34,041 bases of DNA from a virus. Its lineage: Duplodnaviria; Caudoviricetes. Positions 18,819 to 27,423 of the stretch are shown one piece after another. How positions within the stretch are numbered: position 1 is the first letter of the stretch; every line of letters begins with the position of its first letter. Under the pieces are notes generated by a model. It saw only the letters and a list, made by a program, of their open reading frames with translations, ran no database searches and was not told where the DNA came from. The position numbers were made by a program, and so were the translations under genes. Location: positions 1 to 34,041 of the IMG/VR virus record IMGVR_UViG_3300006188_000292; one strand, written 5' to 3'.

Positions 18819-19115
18819 TTATTCAGGATTCTTACCCCTTTTTTTGCTCTCCAAATCAGCTTTCTCCTTTCGGTAGGAATAGAGATTTAAACAGAACAAA
18901 TAATTTAATTCACCGAGTGCATCCCATTTTAAGGGGTCACCTTTGGATAGCAATTCATAGATTTCAAACCATTGCCACCTCTCGTTAAATTCATCTTCTT
19001 CATTTAATGCTTCTTCATCTTCTAATTCATCTATATCCTTTATTTCACTTTCGTCTTTCTTTTTGAATAACGGGGCGTAGGCTTTTTCAATTTGGTCAAT
19101 CCATTGAAAAAAAAA
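18819..19115 (-). CDS. Tail assembly chaperone frameshift extension (T part of G-T), not in ORF track
   Basis: -1 frame open from the T9 run: FQWIDQIEKAYAPLF...FNERWQWFEIYELLSKGDPLKWDALGELNYLFCLNLYSYRKEK...NPE-stop; no ATG of its own. Confidence 0.8.
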   Translation of the reverse strand, partial: FFFQWIDQIEKAYAPLFKKKDESEIKDIDELEDEEALNEEDEFNERWQWFEIYELLSKGDPLKWDALGELNYLFCLNLYSYRKEKADLESKKRGKNPE

Positions 19116-19747
19116 CGGACATTATTCACAACCTGAACTGGTGATAGCCTGTGTAAAAGCAATAATCTCCTAAACTCCAAATTCGTAGTATCAAGGGTTT
19201 CTAATTCCCAACATGTTTTACCAGTTTCAGCATCTAACTTTTCTATGGCAGGTCTCAATATGATTGGTAACAACCTAGTAATACCCTCTTTGCCTGATGA
19301 GTCAACTTTATTAGCTATCGTTAATGCTTGTTTAATAGTAGATACCTCATTTAATGTGCATTTCTCGTAACCGTTAATCCAAGCATAGTCTTTACCGTCA
19401 ATAGTGAAATGGTCAAAATCCTGTCCTTCTGCTTTTACTAAAAAGACATTTAAAGTAGTTTCCATTAACTCATTAAAAACGGCTATTGGAATTTGTGAAA
19501 CTAAATGCGATATTTCTTCCTTTGCCGTTTCAAATACGTCCATAAACGTACCCTCTGTAATATCTTTGTCAGCTTTGAAGTAATTGGTTGAAGTGCATAG
19601 AATACTTAACATATCAATGTTCAGTTCTTCTTCATTTAAATACTTGTTGTCAAGTAGTTTAGTTAGTTCAATCCATTGTAGGATAGATGTTTCTTCCCAG
19701 CTTTCTGGAATAGACAAGTCTTGACCTTTAACTTTGATTATTTTCAT
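19040..19747 (-). CDS. Tail assembly chaperone (G)
   Basis: IPESWEE start; ends RFFF followed by short basic tail, typical of frameshifting chaperones. Confidence 0.75.
   Translation of the reverse strand: MKIIKVKGQDLSIPESWEETSILQWIELTKLLDNKYLNEEELNIDMLSILCTSTNYFKADKDITEGTFMDVFETAKEEISHLVSQIPIAVFNELMETTLNVFLVKAEGQDFDHFTIDGKDYAWINGYEKCTLNEVSTIKQALTIANKVDSSGKEGITRLLPIILRPAIEKLDAETGKTCWELETLDTTNLEFRRLLLLHRLSPVQVVNNVRFFFNGLTKLKKPTPRYSKRKTKVK
19107..19115 (-). other. -1 ribosomal slippery site CGT TTT TTT TTC
   Basis: Nine consecutive T on the coding strand give X XXY YYZ heptamers. Confidence 0.8.
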
Positions 19748-19753
19748 ATAGAG

Positions 19754-19814
19754 TTATATATCGGTTGTAGTATTTTTTTTGGCTTCCGATACAGTATATA
19801 TTTAGTTTCAAAAG
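19754..19814 (-). promoter_or_regulatory. Two ATATATA promoter-like motifs upstream of chaperone gene
   Basis: GATATATAAC at 19762-19753 and CTTTTG-N7-ATATATAC at 19814-19794. Confidence 0.5.
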
Positions 19815-19825
19815 GTCGTTTTGGT

Positions 19826-19833
19826 TATATTTG
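19826..19833 (+). promoter_or_regulatory. Bacteroidota -7 box TATATTTG
   Basis: Matches TAnnTTTG, directly before small + strand ORF. Confidence 0.45.
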
Positions 19834-19836
19834 TTT

Positions 19837-20001
19837 ATGCCAAACACAGAAGAATTAACCGAAGAAGAAATCCGCCAGCATATCAATTACATCCTTGTAA
19901 ATGCTAAATCACAGGCGGAAGAATATTTAGTGTCCTATGTCAAAGCAGTGGCTAATGACTGGGGTAAGGAATACTATGAGGCTTTTAGAGAGGACTTTTA
20001 A
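19837..20001 (+). CDS. 54-aa acidic protein (MPNTEELTEEEIRQHINYILVNAKSQ...), antisense moron
   Basis: ORF exactly fills the gap between terL stop and chaperone leader; own host-type promoter. Confidence 0.6.
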   Translation: MPNTEELTEEEIRQHINYILVNAKSQAEEYLVSYVKAVANDWGKEYYEAFREDF

Positions 20002-21245
20002 TTGAAGTCATCACCATAAATGCGTAGATAGCGAGGATTGAACTTGTGTTGTAAAAAGCATTCAATGGCAATAGCCAAACTCATTACTATATCATCGTGA
20101 CCCGTACCGGCACGGAATTGCATATAACCACCATCCTTTTGAATAAATATAAAGCTCTCTAGTTCATCTCTCAATAGGTTATCATTGACACACTTGATTG
20201 CACCAGTCTTGAATTGACTAATCAGGTTATTGATAATAGTTAGCTTTGAGTTGGAATTGGTGTTGAACTCAACCACGTTACTCATCGTATTGCGTAGCAA
20301 ATCAATCACAGGCCCACCTTGGTTATTACTCTCAACCATCACTTTCTTAAACTTCCATTTCTCATTTAACCGATTGATTTCAGCAATAAGAAAGTTAGTA
20401 TCAAGGTCATCCACCCATCTATAATACTTAACCAAATTGCCACTTTCATCTATGATACAACATACTGTGGCATCCCGTATAAGCCCAATATCAACACCCA
20501 TATAGTAAGTACCTGGTACTGGCTCATTCATTGGTTCTAATACCAATGCATCATCTATATTGTCAAAGACAGATGAACTATCTACAAACTCGGCTAAATA
20601 TTCTTGGCGAAAGATGGCATCAGGTGTATCTCTCTTTCTTTCTTCTAATAGAGTAGGAGATATAGTCGGTGTATCATAACACGTCCACCTATGGCTAATG
20701 TAGTTAGGGTATTCATCACTGTTACCTCTTAACCACCATTCATATAGTATATTAGATTTGCCGGCTGGGGTAGAAGTGATGATAACCTTTAGAGCCTTGC
20801 CCGCAGTATTCAACATGGGCAATAGCACGCTATCCACTACATCCCGTGGAATATCTCTCATTTCATCAATGACTAATATCCCTCTTACCGTAGGGCCTCT
20901 TAAACTATCGCCTGATGCAGCCGAACGAAACAGTATTTTAGACCCATTGCTAAATACTATTTCCATTTCACCCTTACCGCACTTGTGAGATTTGACTATT
21001 AAGGGATGGTAAAACTTATCTAATATCTCATTATATACCTCTTTACACTGACTGTATTTAGGACTAACCCATAATACTTTTCTGCCTGCATCATCGTTAC
21101 AATACTTGACACAATAGTTGAGAACTATGGCACTCTTTCCAGACTGCCTACCAGCGCAAATAACAACGTTCTGATACTTGGGATTGTCTAATGATTTGAT
21201 TACTTCTTTTTGCTTCTGATGGGGCTTAATGAACACTAATTCCAC
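19998..21245 (-). CDS. terL: Terminase large subunit
   Basis: Walker A GRQSGKS, Walker B VIDE, coupling TST motif, RNase H-like GVDIG and HDDIVMSLA. Confidence 0.95.
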   Translation of the reverse strand: MELVFIKPHQKQKEVIKSLDNPKYQNVVICAGRQSGKSAIVLNYCVKYCNDDAGRKVLWVSPKYSQCKEVYNEILDKFYHPLIVKSHKCGKGEMEIVFSNGSKILFRSAASGDSLRGPTVRGILVIDEMRDIPRDVVDSVLLPMLNTAGKALKVIITSTPAGKSNILYEWWLRGNSDEYPNYISHRWTCYDTPTISPTLLEERKRDTPDAIFRQEYLAEFVDSSSVFDNIDDALVLEPMNEPVPGTYYMGVDIGLIRDATVCCIIDESGNLVKYYRWVDDLDTNFLIAEINRLNEKWKFKKVMVESNNQGGPVIDLLRNTMSNVVEFNTNSNSKLTIINNLISQFKTGAIKCVNDNLLRDELESFIFIQKDGGYMQFRAGTGHDDIVMSLAIAIECFLQHKFNPRYLRIYGDDFN

Positions 21246-21530
21246 TCTGTCATACTGTCAATTTTTATACTGATAATATCAGTTGATGGGTATCTAAATA
21301 CCCTTGCCTTATAATATCCGTTATGATAAATAAATCGGACCTATCACTACCTAGTTTAGACCTATTGATTGCTTGAAACCCTTGCCCTGTCTATCTGTCA
21401 GTAGTGCATATTCAACCGATTTGGTGACATAGGCAATTAGTTAGCAATTGTTAGGATCTATACCTCTTACCCTGTATCCCCCCACACACTGACACAATGA
21501 TTTTAGCCCTGACATTTAGCCCCTCCCCTA

Positions 21531-21546
21531 CTCCCTCGCGAGGGAG
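21531..21546. repeat. Perfect 16-bp GC-rich palindrome CTCCCTCGCGAGGGAG in terS-terL spacer
   Basis: Direct reading. Confidence 0.9.
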
Positions 21547-21651
21547 GTAAACGCTGATTTTCCTGATGTTTCCAGCGATTTATGACTAGTGGAAAGTCCT
21601 ATGTTTTGTGCTGGGCTAGTTGATGCCCGGAATGTGGAAAAGCTTATAGGT

Positions 21652-22053
21652 CTAGTCTATATTGAAAAAGTCATCTTTTGCATCTTCTTCACCGCCCCAT
21701 TTGGTTTTAATCACGATATTGCCCGTATGCTCAACACGCTCTTTATACAACCCACCTATCTTATTCATTTCTTGCAATATCTTCAATGCTAAATGCTCGT
21801 CTCCTTTCTTATCAGCTTTTACTAGTCTATGTTCCAGTCTTATCATCTGAAAGGAATACAAGTCAATCAAATTGTCTTTCAGCATTTCACGGATAGCATC
21901 ATAGGCATCTTTCCTTAATTCATAGGCATACGATTGTTTATAGCCCTTATCAGTCATTAGGTAATCTAATACAGCTTGTGGCGAATAGGCATCTTTGGTT
22001 ATCTTTTCAATCAAATCATTTTGTAGGCTTATTATCTCATAAGTTTTAGGCAT
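21652..22053 (-). CDS. terS: Terminase small subunit (putative)
   Basis: 133 aa helical, upstream of terL; ALKILQEMNKIGGLY-KERVEHTG C-terminus typical of TerS. Confidence 0.65.
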   Translation of the reverse strand: MPKTYEIISLQNDLIEKITKDAYSPQAVLDYLMTDKGYKQSYAYELRKDAYDAIREMLKDNLIDLYSFQMIRLEHRLVKADKKGDEHLALKILQEMNKIGGLYKERVEHTGNIVIKTKWGGEEDAKDDFFNID

Positions 22054-22239
22054 TTGGTTATGGTTATTTTTTGTAGGTGTGGTTTATTTTGGTGCGCCAC
22101 CCCCAGTTTAATCAATCGGCATTACGGAAATCCGCCAGACTATTGTAACTCTCTGATTACATTAAGCTGATAGTCTTCACTGGCTTGCATTTCCAGCGAT
22201 TAGATTTTGATAGGTTAATAGGTAATTCAATCAACGTAA

Positions 22240-22596
22240 TTATTCTCCTTTTTCTACCAACTTTATCGTGTACTTATCTTTATTCACATAAATATCAATA
22301 TGGTTAGATTGGGATATTGCAAACAAGTCCCTAATTGAATGCTGCAATATTTTGACAACATCAGTCATCAATCTCTCTTTCATTCTCTTAATTGTTTCAG
22401 CACTGAATTTTATTAGGTAATTTTCATCCAGCAACTTATCATACATAGCGTATGTCTCATTAGCTTCCAATTCATTAATGTTACGTCCTATTTCGCTTAA
22501 CCAGCTATTTATATTCTCTGATGTAACAGTATCAAGCAAAATCATTTCATAAGTTTGAATTGCGTTATTCTTTATGTGATTCATATTCTTTTCCAT
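22240..22596 (-). CDS. Hypothetical protein
   Basis: ORF in co-directional run; ACACTATG start context. Confidence 0.7.
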   Translation of the reverse strand: MEKNMNHIKNNAIQTYEMILLDTVTSENINSWLSEIGRNINELEANETYAMYDKLLDENYLIKFSAETIKRMKERLMTDVVKILQHSIRDLFAISQSNHIDIYVNKDKYTIKLVEKGE

Positions 22597-22612
22597 AGTG
22601 TGTTTTATATTT

Positions 22613-22885
22613 TTAGTTCCCTGTTAATTGTTCAAACTGTCTAATCAGTTCATCTATTTCTTTTTCATTTAGTTCCTCTGATAATCTATTCCACTCAAAA
22701 TCATTAATCCAAAATATCAACTGAAAATCTGACCCGCCATTTATTATTTCAATAGCATCAGCTACTAAATCACCAATGAAGAATGGGCCGACTAAATTGT
22801 TATTTGGTGCAGCCAATTGTTTTATTAATGCTAATAGCTTTATTCTATTCTTCATCCTGTTTAAATGTATTTTGGTTGGCTTCAA
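22613..22885 (-). CDS. Hypothetical protein (start probably at internal MKNRIK)
   Basis: ORF overlapping upstream stop. Confidence 0.6.
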   Translation of the reverse strand: MKPTKIHLNRMKNRIKLLALIKQLAAPNNNLVGPFFIGDLVADAIEIINGGSDFQLIFWINDFEWNRLSEELNEKEIDELIRQFEQLTGN

Positions 22886-23093
22886 ACCACGTTCTTAGTT
22901 TTCCAAACACGGTTGATATTGAATTACTACAAGTGCAATTGGTTACAATCGGACCTCTGAAATAGGGGTCTATGTACTGCTTAAAGTAGTGTTCAACTTT
23001 ATCAATAGTATCTTGGTCGGCTATGGTTGATTTCATCAACTGCATTAAAGCCATGTAATCGCTGTAAGGTTTTAAATTAGTTTCCTCTCCCAT
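22845..23093 (-). CDS. Hypothetical protein with CxC motif
   Basis: ORF in co-directional run. Confidence 0.65.
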   Translation of the reverse strand: MGEETNLKPYSDYMALMQLMKSTIADQDTIDKVEHYFKQYIDPYFRGPIVTNCTCSNSISTVFGKLRTWFEANQNTFKQDEE

Positions 23094-23329
23094 TGGCTAA
23101 AGTATTTTTCATAGATGGTTGCTATTATGCTTGCAATCATTCCTTCGTATGGATGACCCGATATTACACCTATCCAAAGGCTCAAACATTTGAAACAGGT
23201 TAGTAGTAATGATGCTACTGGTACAATTAGCAAATCATACTTTACGTGTAATGCATCAAAGAACCATTTGATTGGTTCTATTCTTGATACGCTGTAAGCA
23301 ATTAATAGTATTTTTAATAGGGTTATCAT
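23072..23329 (-). CDS. Small membrane protein with CxxC-W motif
   Basis: Hydrophobic; TCFKCLSLW. Confidence 0.65.
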   Translation of the reverse strand: MITLLKILLIAYSVSRIEPIKWFFDALHVKYDLLIVPVASLLLTCFKCLSLWIGVISGHPYEGMIASIIATIYEKYFSQWERKLI

Positions 23330-23334
23330 ATCTC

Positions 23335-23994
23335 TTATATATTAGTTTTCAGTTCTTTTTTTAGGTGCTTTAATGTTTTCTGTACATATAGCCTTACTGT
23401 CTGATAATTGACACCGGATATTTCTTCTATCTTTTGGTAGGTTAAATCTTTGAAGTAGTATAGTTCAAACATTATTTTACAGTGCAATCCTAATTCAGGT
23501 GGTAGGTGTAGTAGTAGGTTCTTTATCTTGGTTATGTTATCATCTTTCCACTTCTGATGTTGGGCATATAATACTTCTTCGGGTGTATCAGCCAGCTTTC
23601 TTAATGTTTGGTGTATTAGTTCATCTTGTTGTTCTGACAATTCATCCACGGTAAAATCCTTTAGGTGTTCTCTGTAATTATCAATGTTCCATAATTGGCA
23701 GGTTACTACTTTCGGGTTGCGGAATTGTTTATAAAAGGATGATGTACTACTGGCAAATTGGTTATTGATTATTCCAGCGCAATAGTGTTCTATACCTTTT
23801 ATGCCTTTTTCATTGAATACTCTTAATAATGTCGCTTCTTTAATTGAGGAAACACAGACTAAGAAATGTGACTTAGCATCATCATAATAAAAGGAATATT
23901 TATGCTCACCGACTGATTTCTTTAGTATGGTTTTTAGTGTAGCATTGATATAATCACTCTGATAGATGTAGGTTAGGATTTCTTGTCGGTTCAA
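23335..23994 (-). CDS. Phage RNA polymerase sigma-factor-like protein (sigma70 region 4 HTH)
   Basis: C-terminal MFELYYFKDLTYQKIEEISGVNYQTVRLYVQKTLKHLK; 219 aa ECF-like size. Confidence 0.7.
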   Translation of the reverse strand: MNRQEILTYIYQSDYINATLKTILKKSVGEHKYSFYYDDAKSHFLVCVSSIKEATLLRVFNEKGIKGIEHYCAGIINNQFASSTSSFYKQFRNPKVVTCQLWNIDNYREHLKDFTVDELSEQQDELIHQTLRKLADTPEEVLYAQHQKWKDDNITKIKNLLLHLPPELGLHCKIMFELYYFKDLTYQKIEEISGVNYQTVRLYVQKTLKHLKKELKTNI

Positions 23995-24359
23995 TTTAGC
24001 AGGGTGGTAAATTTTTGGTAGTTGGCTACTACTCTATATAGTTCTAAATCCATGGCTTGCTTTTGATACTTAGCAATAGCCTTATCTAGTTCTATACAAG
24101 CCAGTAATGATAGCTTACAATTGGTTGTAGCTATCTCTAAGTAGCATTTAGTGGCGGCATCAGCCAGTTTCTTTAGTTCTAAATGGGGTAAGATGCGGTC
24201 ACGCATTAACCAGCCCAGGATTATATAGACGTGTTGCATTTCTGCCCATATTCTACGTTGTTCGTAGGTACGTAGTTTGATATAGCTAGGTGGTTTCAGG
24301 CTATTTTTTTGCAGTGTGCATCTAATTGTAAATAGTGGGTCTATGGTTGTATCATTCAT
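23991..24359 (-). CDS. Hypothetical protein
   Basis: Start/stop overlap with neighbours. Confidence 0.65.
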   Translation of the reverse strand: MNDTTIDPLFTIRCTLQKNSLKPPSYIKLRTYEQRRIWAEMQHVYIILGWLMRDRILPHLELKKLADAATKCYLEIATTNCKLSLLACIELDKAIAKYQKQAMDLELYRVVANYQKFTTLLN

Positions 24360-24625
24360 TTGCTGTAATTCTTTCTTGCGGTTGCTCTCATTCTCCTTGT
24401 GTTATGTTCATCAAAATATCCATCGCAGTACAATTGATACAGAAATAATGTAGTATCTATTGCCTCATAAGGAATATCATATAGAATGGCATCAATTTTT
24501 CTTTGGCGATCTATAGCTATAAGCAAACCATCAAAATCAAAATCAAAGCCAGTAGTGAAACCTTCACTCTTAATAGGAGCTTGGGTTTCTATACAGTATA
24601 ATGTGTCAATAATTATTGTCCTCAT
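24356..24625 (-). CDS. Hypothetical protein
   Basis: Translationally coupled to downstream gene. Confidence 0.65.
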   Translation of the reverse strand: MRTIIIDTLYCIETQAPIKSEGFTTGFDFDFDGLLIAIDRQRKIDAILYDIPYEAIDTTLFLYQLYCDGYFDEHNTRRMRATARKNYSK

Positions 24626-24630
24626 TAATC

Positions 24631-24885
24631 TTACTTATTTTTCTTGCTGCCACAAACTGGGTCATAGCCCGGCCCTAATATGCACCCACTAACTTTGCTA
24701 TCAACTACTACGCCATAGTAATCTTTACTTGTCTCACTCGGCTTAATATTGGCAGCTCTTATAATTAGTTGGTTTAGTTTCTCGTTCAGCTTTTCAGCTT
24801 TACCAATGTTGCCTTTGGCAATTGCTTTGGTAATTTTGAGAGAGGTTTTTAGTATTTCGTCTTTGATAGTGTTATAGGTTTTCAT
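24631..24885 (-). CDS. Hypothetical basic protein (start revised to 24885)
   Basis: ATG lies in the same 23-bp leader as the upstream gene. Confidence 0.65.
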   Translation of the reverse strand: MKTYNTIKDEILKTSLKITKAIAKGNIGKAEKLNEKLNQLIIRAANIKPSETSKDYYGVVVDSKVSGCILGPGYDPVCGSKKNK

Positions 24886-25124
24886 AGTGTTGTTCTTAAT
24901 TTTTTGTTGCACACCTGACTGCAACACCTTTGTAATAGTGTGTAATGTCGTACACTAATGGGTGGTTTGTTACTTGGTCAGAATAGTTTAGTGCTTTAAA
25001 TACTACTCTCATACTTTGCTTGTCTAGCAATAATACAAGGTCAGTAGGTTCTACTACATCATAATTGATTGTTGCTAAATATTTATCAATGTCCTGTATT
25101 GTCATAGTGTTGTTCTTAATTTTT
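24882..25124 (-). repeat. 23-bp direct repeat AAAAATTAAGAACAACACTATGA at 24882-24904 and 25102-25124
   Basis: Exact match by reading; each copy contains a start codon. Confidence 0.9.
24896..25105 (-). CDS. Hypothetical protein, 69 aa
   Basis: First gene after motif promoter; flanked by direct repeats. Confidence 0.7.
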   Translation of the reverse strand: MTIQDIDKYLATINYDVVEPTDLVLLLDKQSMRVVFKALNYSDQVTNHPLVYDITHYYKGVAVRCATKN

Positions 25125-25128
25125 ATAC

Positions 25129-25170
25129 TGTATATATTCTTGCACTAACTATTGTTTTAAAAAGAGTGGA
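25129..25170 (-). promoter_or_regulatory. Phage promoter-like motif TCCACTCTTTTTAAAAC...GAATATATAC
   Basis: Near-identical to motif at 29319-29358; heads the leftward operon containing the sigma factor. Confidence 0.6.
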
Positions 25171-25237
25171 CTTTTTATTCATTTTGTCTATTAATAAAAA
25201 AGGTGGGCAATTGTGCGCCTTTTCTTAACTTACAGTT

Positions 25238-25798
25238 ATGGAATTTAGAAAAGAGCTATTAGCTGACATCAATGTTGAAAATAGAATACCTATCCTTCGG
25301 ATGGCTTTATTAATGGAAGCTCAAATAAGTGATTTGATTGCTAACCTGCTGGGGATGGAAGATTATAAGACGGCAAAATCACTTAATAAAAGCTCAAGCC
25401 TTTCTTTTAATCAAAAGATTATGCTGCTAATTGATATAGGCGCATTAGATAAGGAGGCGCAAACAATCTTCACTAAGTTTATGGAAATACGAAATGTCTT
25501 TATGCACGACATTTGGGCTGATACTTATGAAAAATGCGTTGCCAAAATAGACGGGTTAGAAAAATGGCTACTTAAAACCTATGAACAAGACAAAAACTTG
25601 CCTAAAGAATTACAGCTAAGATCCGCAATTGAATCTCTATGTTCCGCAGTTATAGGAAATACTTTGAGAATAGTGGAATTGGTTATAGAAAGGTCAGTAG
25701 GCAATGACCCTATGAAAGCCATTAATGCGTATATGAAAGGTGATGCTTTAAAAGATGTAGCTAACCATCTTGATTGTGTAAGCAAAACAATAAAATAG
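25238..25798 (+). CDS. HEPN-motif protein (MtlR-like), paralogue 1
   Basis: SFNQKIMLLIDIGAL...FMEIRNVFMH (Rx4H). Confidence 0.6.
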   Translation: MEFRKELLADINVENRIPILRMALLMEAQISDLIANLLGMEDYKTAKSLNKSSSLSFNQKIMLLIDIGALDKEAQTIFTKFMEIRNVFMHDIWADTYEKCVAKIDGLEKWLLKTYEQDKNLPKELQLRSAIESLCSAVIGNTLRIVELVIERSVGNDPMKAINAYMKGDALKDVANHLDCVSKTIK

Positions 25799-25826
25799 CT
25801 ATGACAGTGAAACAAAAAGTTTGGTT

Positions 25827-26537
25827 ATGGAAAGATTAAGTCTACCTGATGTAGATGACCGTATATTAGTTCTACAAGTTGCCCTATTAGTTGAAAACTA
25901 TATCACATCATTTTTAGGTAAGCTCCTAGATATTGATGATACTGATAACTCAAAATCACTTGGTAAAAATGGCATTTCATTTCACTATAAAGTGATGTTG
26001 CTAATTGACATTGGCGCTTTAAATGATGGTGATAGGACAAAATTTCAAAAATTTATGGAAGTGCGTAATACTTTTATGCACGATATGCGGGCCACTAACT
26101 ATACCGAATGTGTGGCCCGTATAGATGGATTGGGAAAGTGGTTAGAAAAAACCTATAAAGCCCCAGTATATAACAAGAAAGAGAAAATAACAGATGAGGA
26201 ATTAATAGAAGACCGTGTAAGGCAACTGGCTAATGAGGTAATAGCACTCACATTTACCATTTTACAAAAGCTACGTGACAAGTTTGATAAGACTGTTGAA
26301 GCTGACCAGCGAAGAAGAGAAGTGGATGCTTTTAAAGAAACAATTACAGAGATAAAGGAGTTCTTGAATAATTATGTACAGAAGTATATTGATGATAAGG
26401 AAATGATTAAGCCTGAGAATTTGGGTAAACTTGGTGACACTATTAGCCGAATGTTTTACAGTGGTGCAGCAAGGCGAATTTTTAAAAAAGGTGAGAAGGT
26501 ATTAGTTGTTCCTGAAAGAAAACCATCTAAAGAATGA
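25827..26537 (+). CDS. HEPN-motif protein (MtlR-like), paralogue 2 with longer helical C-terminus
   Basis: SFHYKVMLLIDIGAL...FMEVRNTFMH; ATG at 25827 preferred to TTG 25821. Confidence 0.6.
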   Translation: MERLSLPDVDDRILVLQVALLVENYITSFLGKLLDIDDTDNSKSLGKNGISFHYKVMLLIDIGALNDGDRTKFQKFMEVRNTFMHDMRATNYTECVARIDGLGKWLEKTYKAPVYNKKEKITDEELIEDRVRQLANEVIALTFTILQKLRDKFDKTVEADQRRREVDAFKETITEIKEFLNNYVQKYIDDKEMIKPENLGKLGDTISRMFYSGAARRIFKKGEKVLVVPERKPSKE

Positions 26538-27106
26538 CGGCACCCGTTATAGTCTCTATAATAGCTTTGTTAGTGTCTAGCTTTAGTATTGGCTGGCAAA
26601 TCTTCACCTACTTTGACAATAAGAAGGTCAAGCTGGAAATAGTTACACACTATGAGTTAACGACATTCTATGATAAACGCAAAACCACCAGTGCCGTTTT
26701 CAACATTATCAATCATAGCACTAAGAAAACACTGATTAGAACTATGTGGTTTGATTTGATTATGGATGATGTTGAACCTGACCGAAAAGACTTTATTAAA
26801 ACAAAAATGGATTTTGTAAGTCGCAAATTTCCAATACTATTAGAACCAAATGATTTTCTGACTGAAAACTACCAGTTTACTGCTGGCGTAAACAGTGTGC
26901 TAAAGGTAAATCCAAAGGCTACCAATATATCACAGGTAGCAATAAAGGCTAAAACTGAATACCGAGAATGTAGGTTAGTAGTGATTGATATTAAAGGCAA
27001 AGAATTTAAATCAAAGTGGGTTAATATTAACCTGACAAGAAAGGAACTTGAAAAGTTTAACCCTATACATTCTTACATAGAAGAACCAACAGAAGAAAAT
27101 TCTTAA
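26534..27106 (+). CDS. Protein with single N-terminal transmembrane helix
   Basis: VIVSIIALLVSSFSIGWQIF; ATGA overlap with upstream gene. Confidence 0.75.
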   Translation: MTAPVIVSIIALLVSSFSIGWQIFTYFDNKKVKLEIVTHYELTTFYDKRKTTSAVFNIINHSTKKTLIRTMWFDLIMDDVEPDRKDFIKTKMDFVSRKFPILLEPNDFLTENYQFTAGVNSVLKVNPKATNISQVAIKAKTEYRECRLVVIDIKGKEFKSKWVNINLTRKELEKFNPIHSYIEEPTEENS

Positions 27107-27121
27107 TCAAATTGACTTACA

Positions 27122-27376
27122 ATGACAGCTAGCCAAAAGAAGAAAATATTAGCAGCACTTGCCGACAAAACAAACAAGGTATATTATTTTGATAATGGCA
27201 CTTATGATATTTATGATAGTACGGGCAATTACATTATCCATTTAGACCCGCTAGATGTAGATGCTTTACTATTTCATAAGGTCATTATAATGACTGGTGA
27301 TGAAACAGAGAAACAAATTAAGGAGCTGGAAGAATTGAAAGCTAAGAACAAAAAGAAGGCACCCAGTATTTACTAA
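27122..27376 (+). CDS. Hypothetical protein, 84 aa
   Basis: ORF ending before terminator. Confidence 0.65.
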   Translation: MTASQKKKILAALADKTNKVYYFDNGTYDIYDSTGNYIIHLDPLDVDALLFHKVIIMTGDETEKQIKELEELKAKNKKKAPSIY

Positions 27377-27386
27377 TGTTTTTTAA

Positions 27387-27420
27387 ATAAAAAGAGCCGA
27401 TAATTATCGGCTCTTTTTAT
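27387..27420. terminator. Bidirectional terminator, perfect 34-bp palindrome
   Basis: ATAAAAAGAGCCGATAATTATCGGCTCTTTTTAT between convergent genes. Confidence 0.9.
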
Positions 27421-27423
27421 AAT

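Noticed and set aside
18800-18988. 62-aa + strand ORF
   Set aside because: Region is better explained by the minus-strand frameshift extension
21589-21650. GGAAAGTCC resembling the RNase P conserved region I
   Set aside because: No matching P4 partner or room for the RNA before terS; isolated 9-mer
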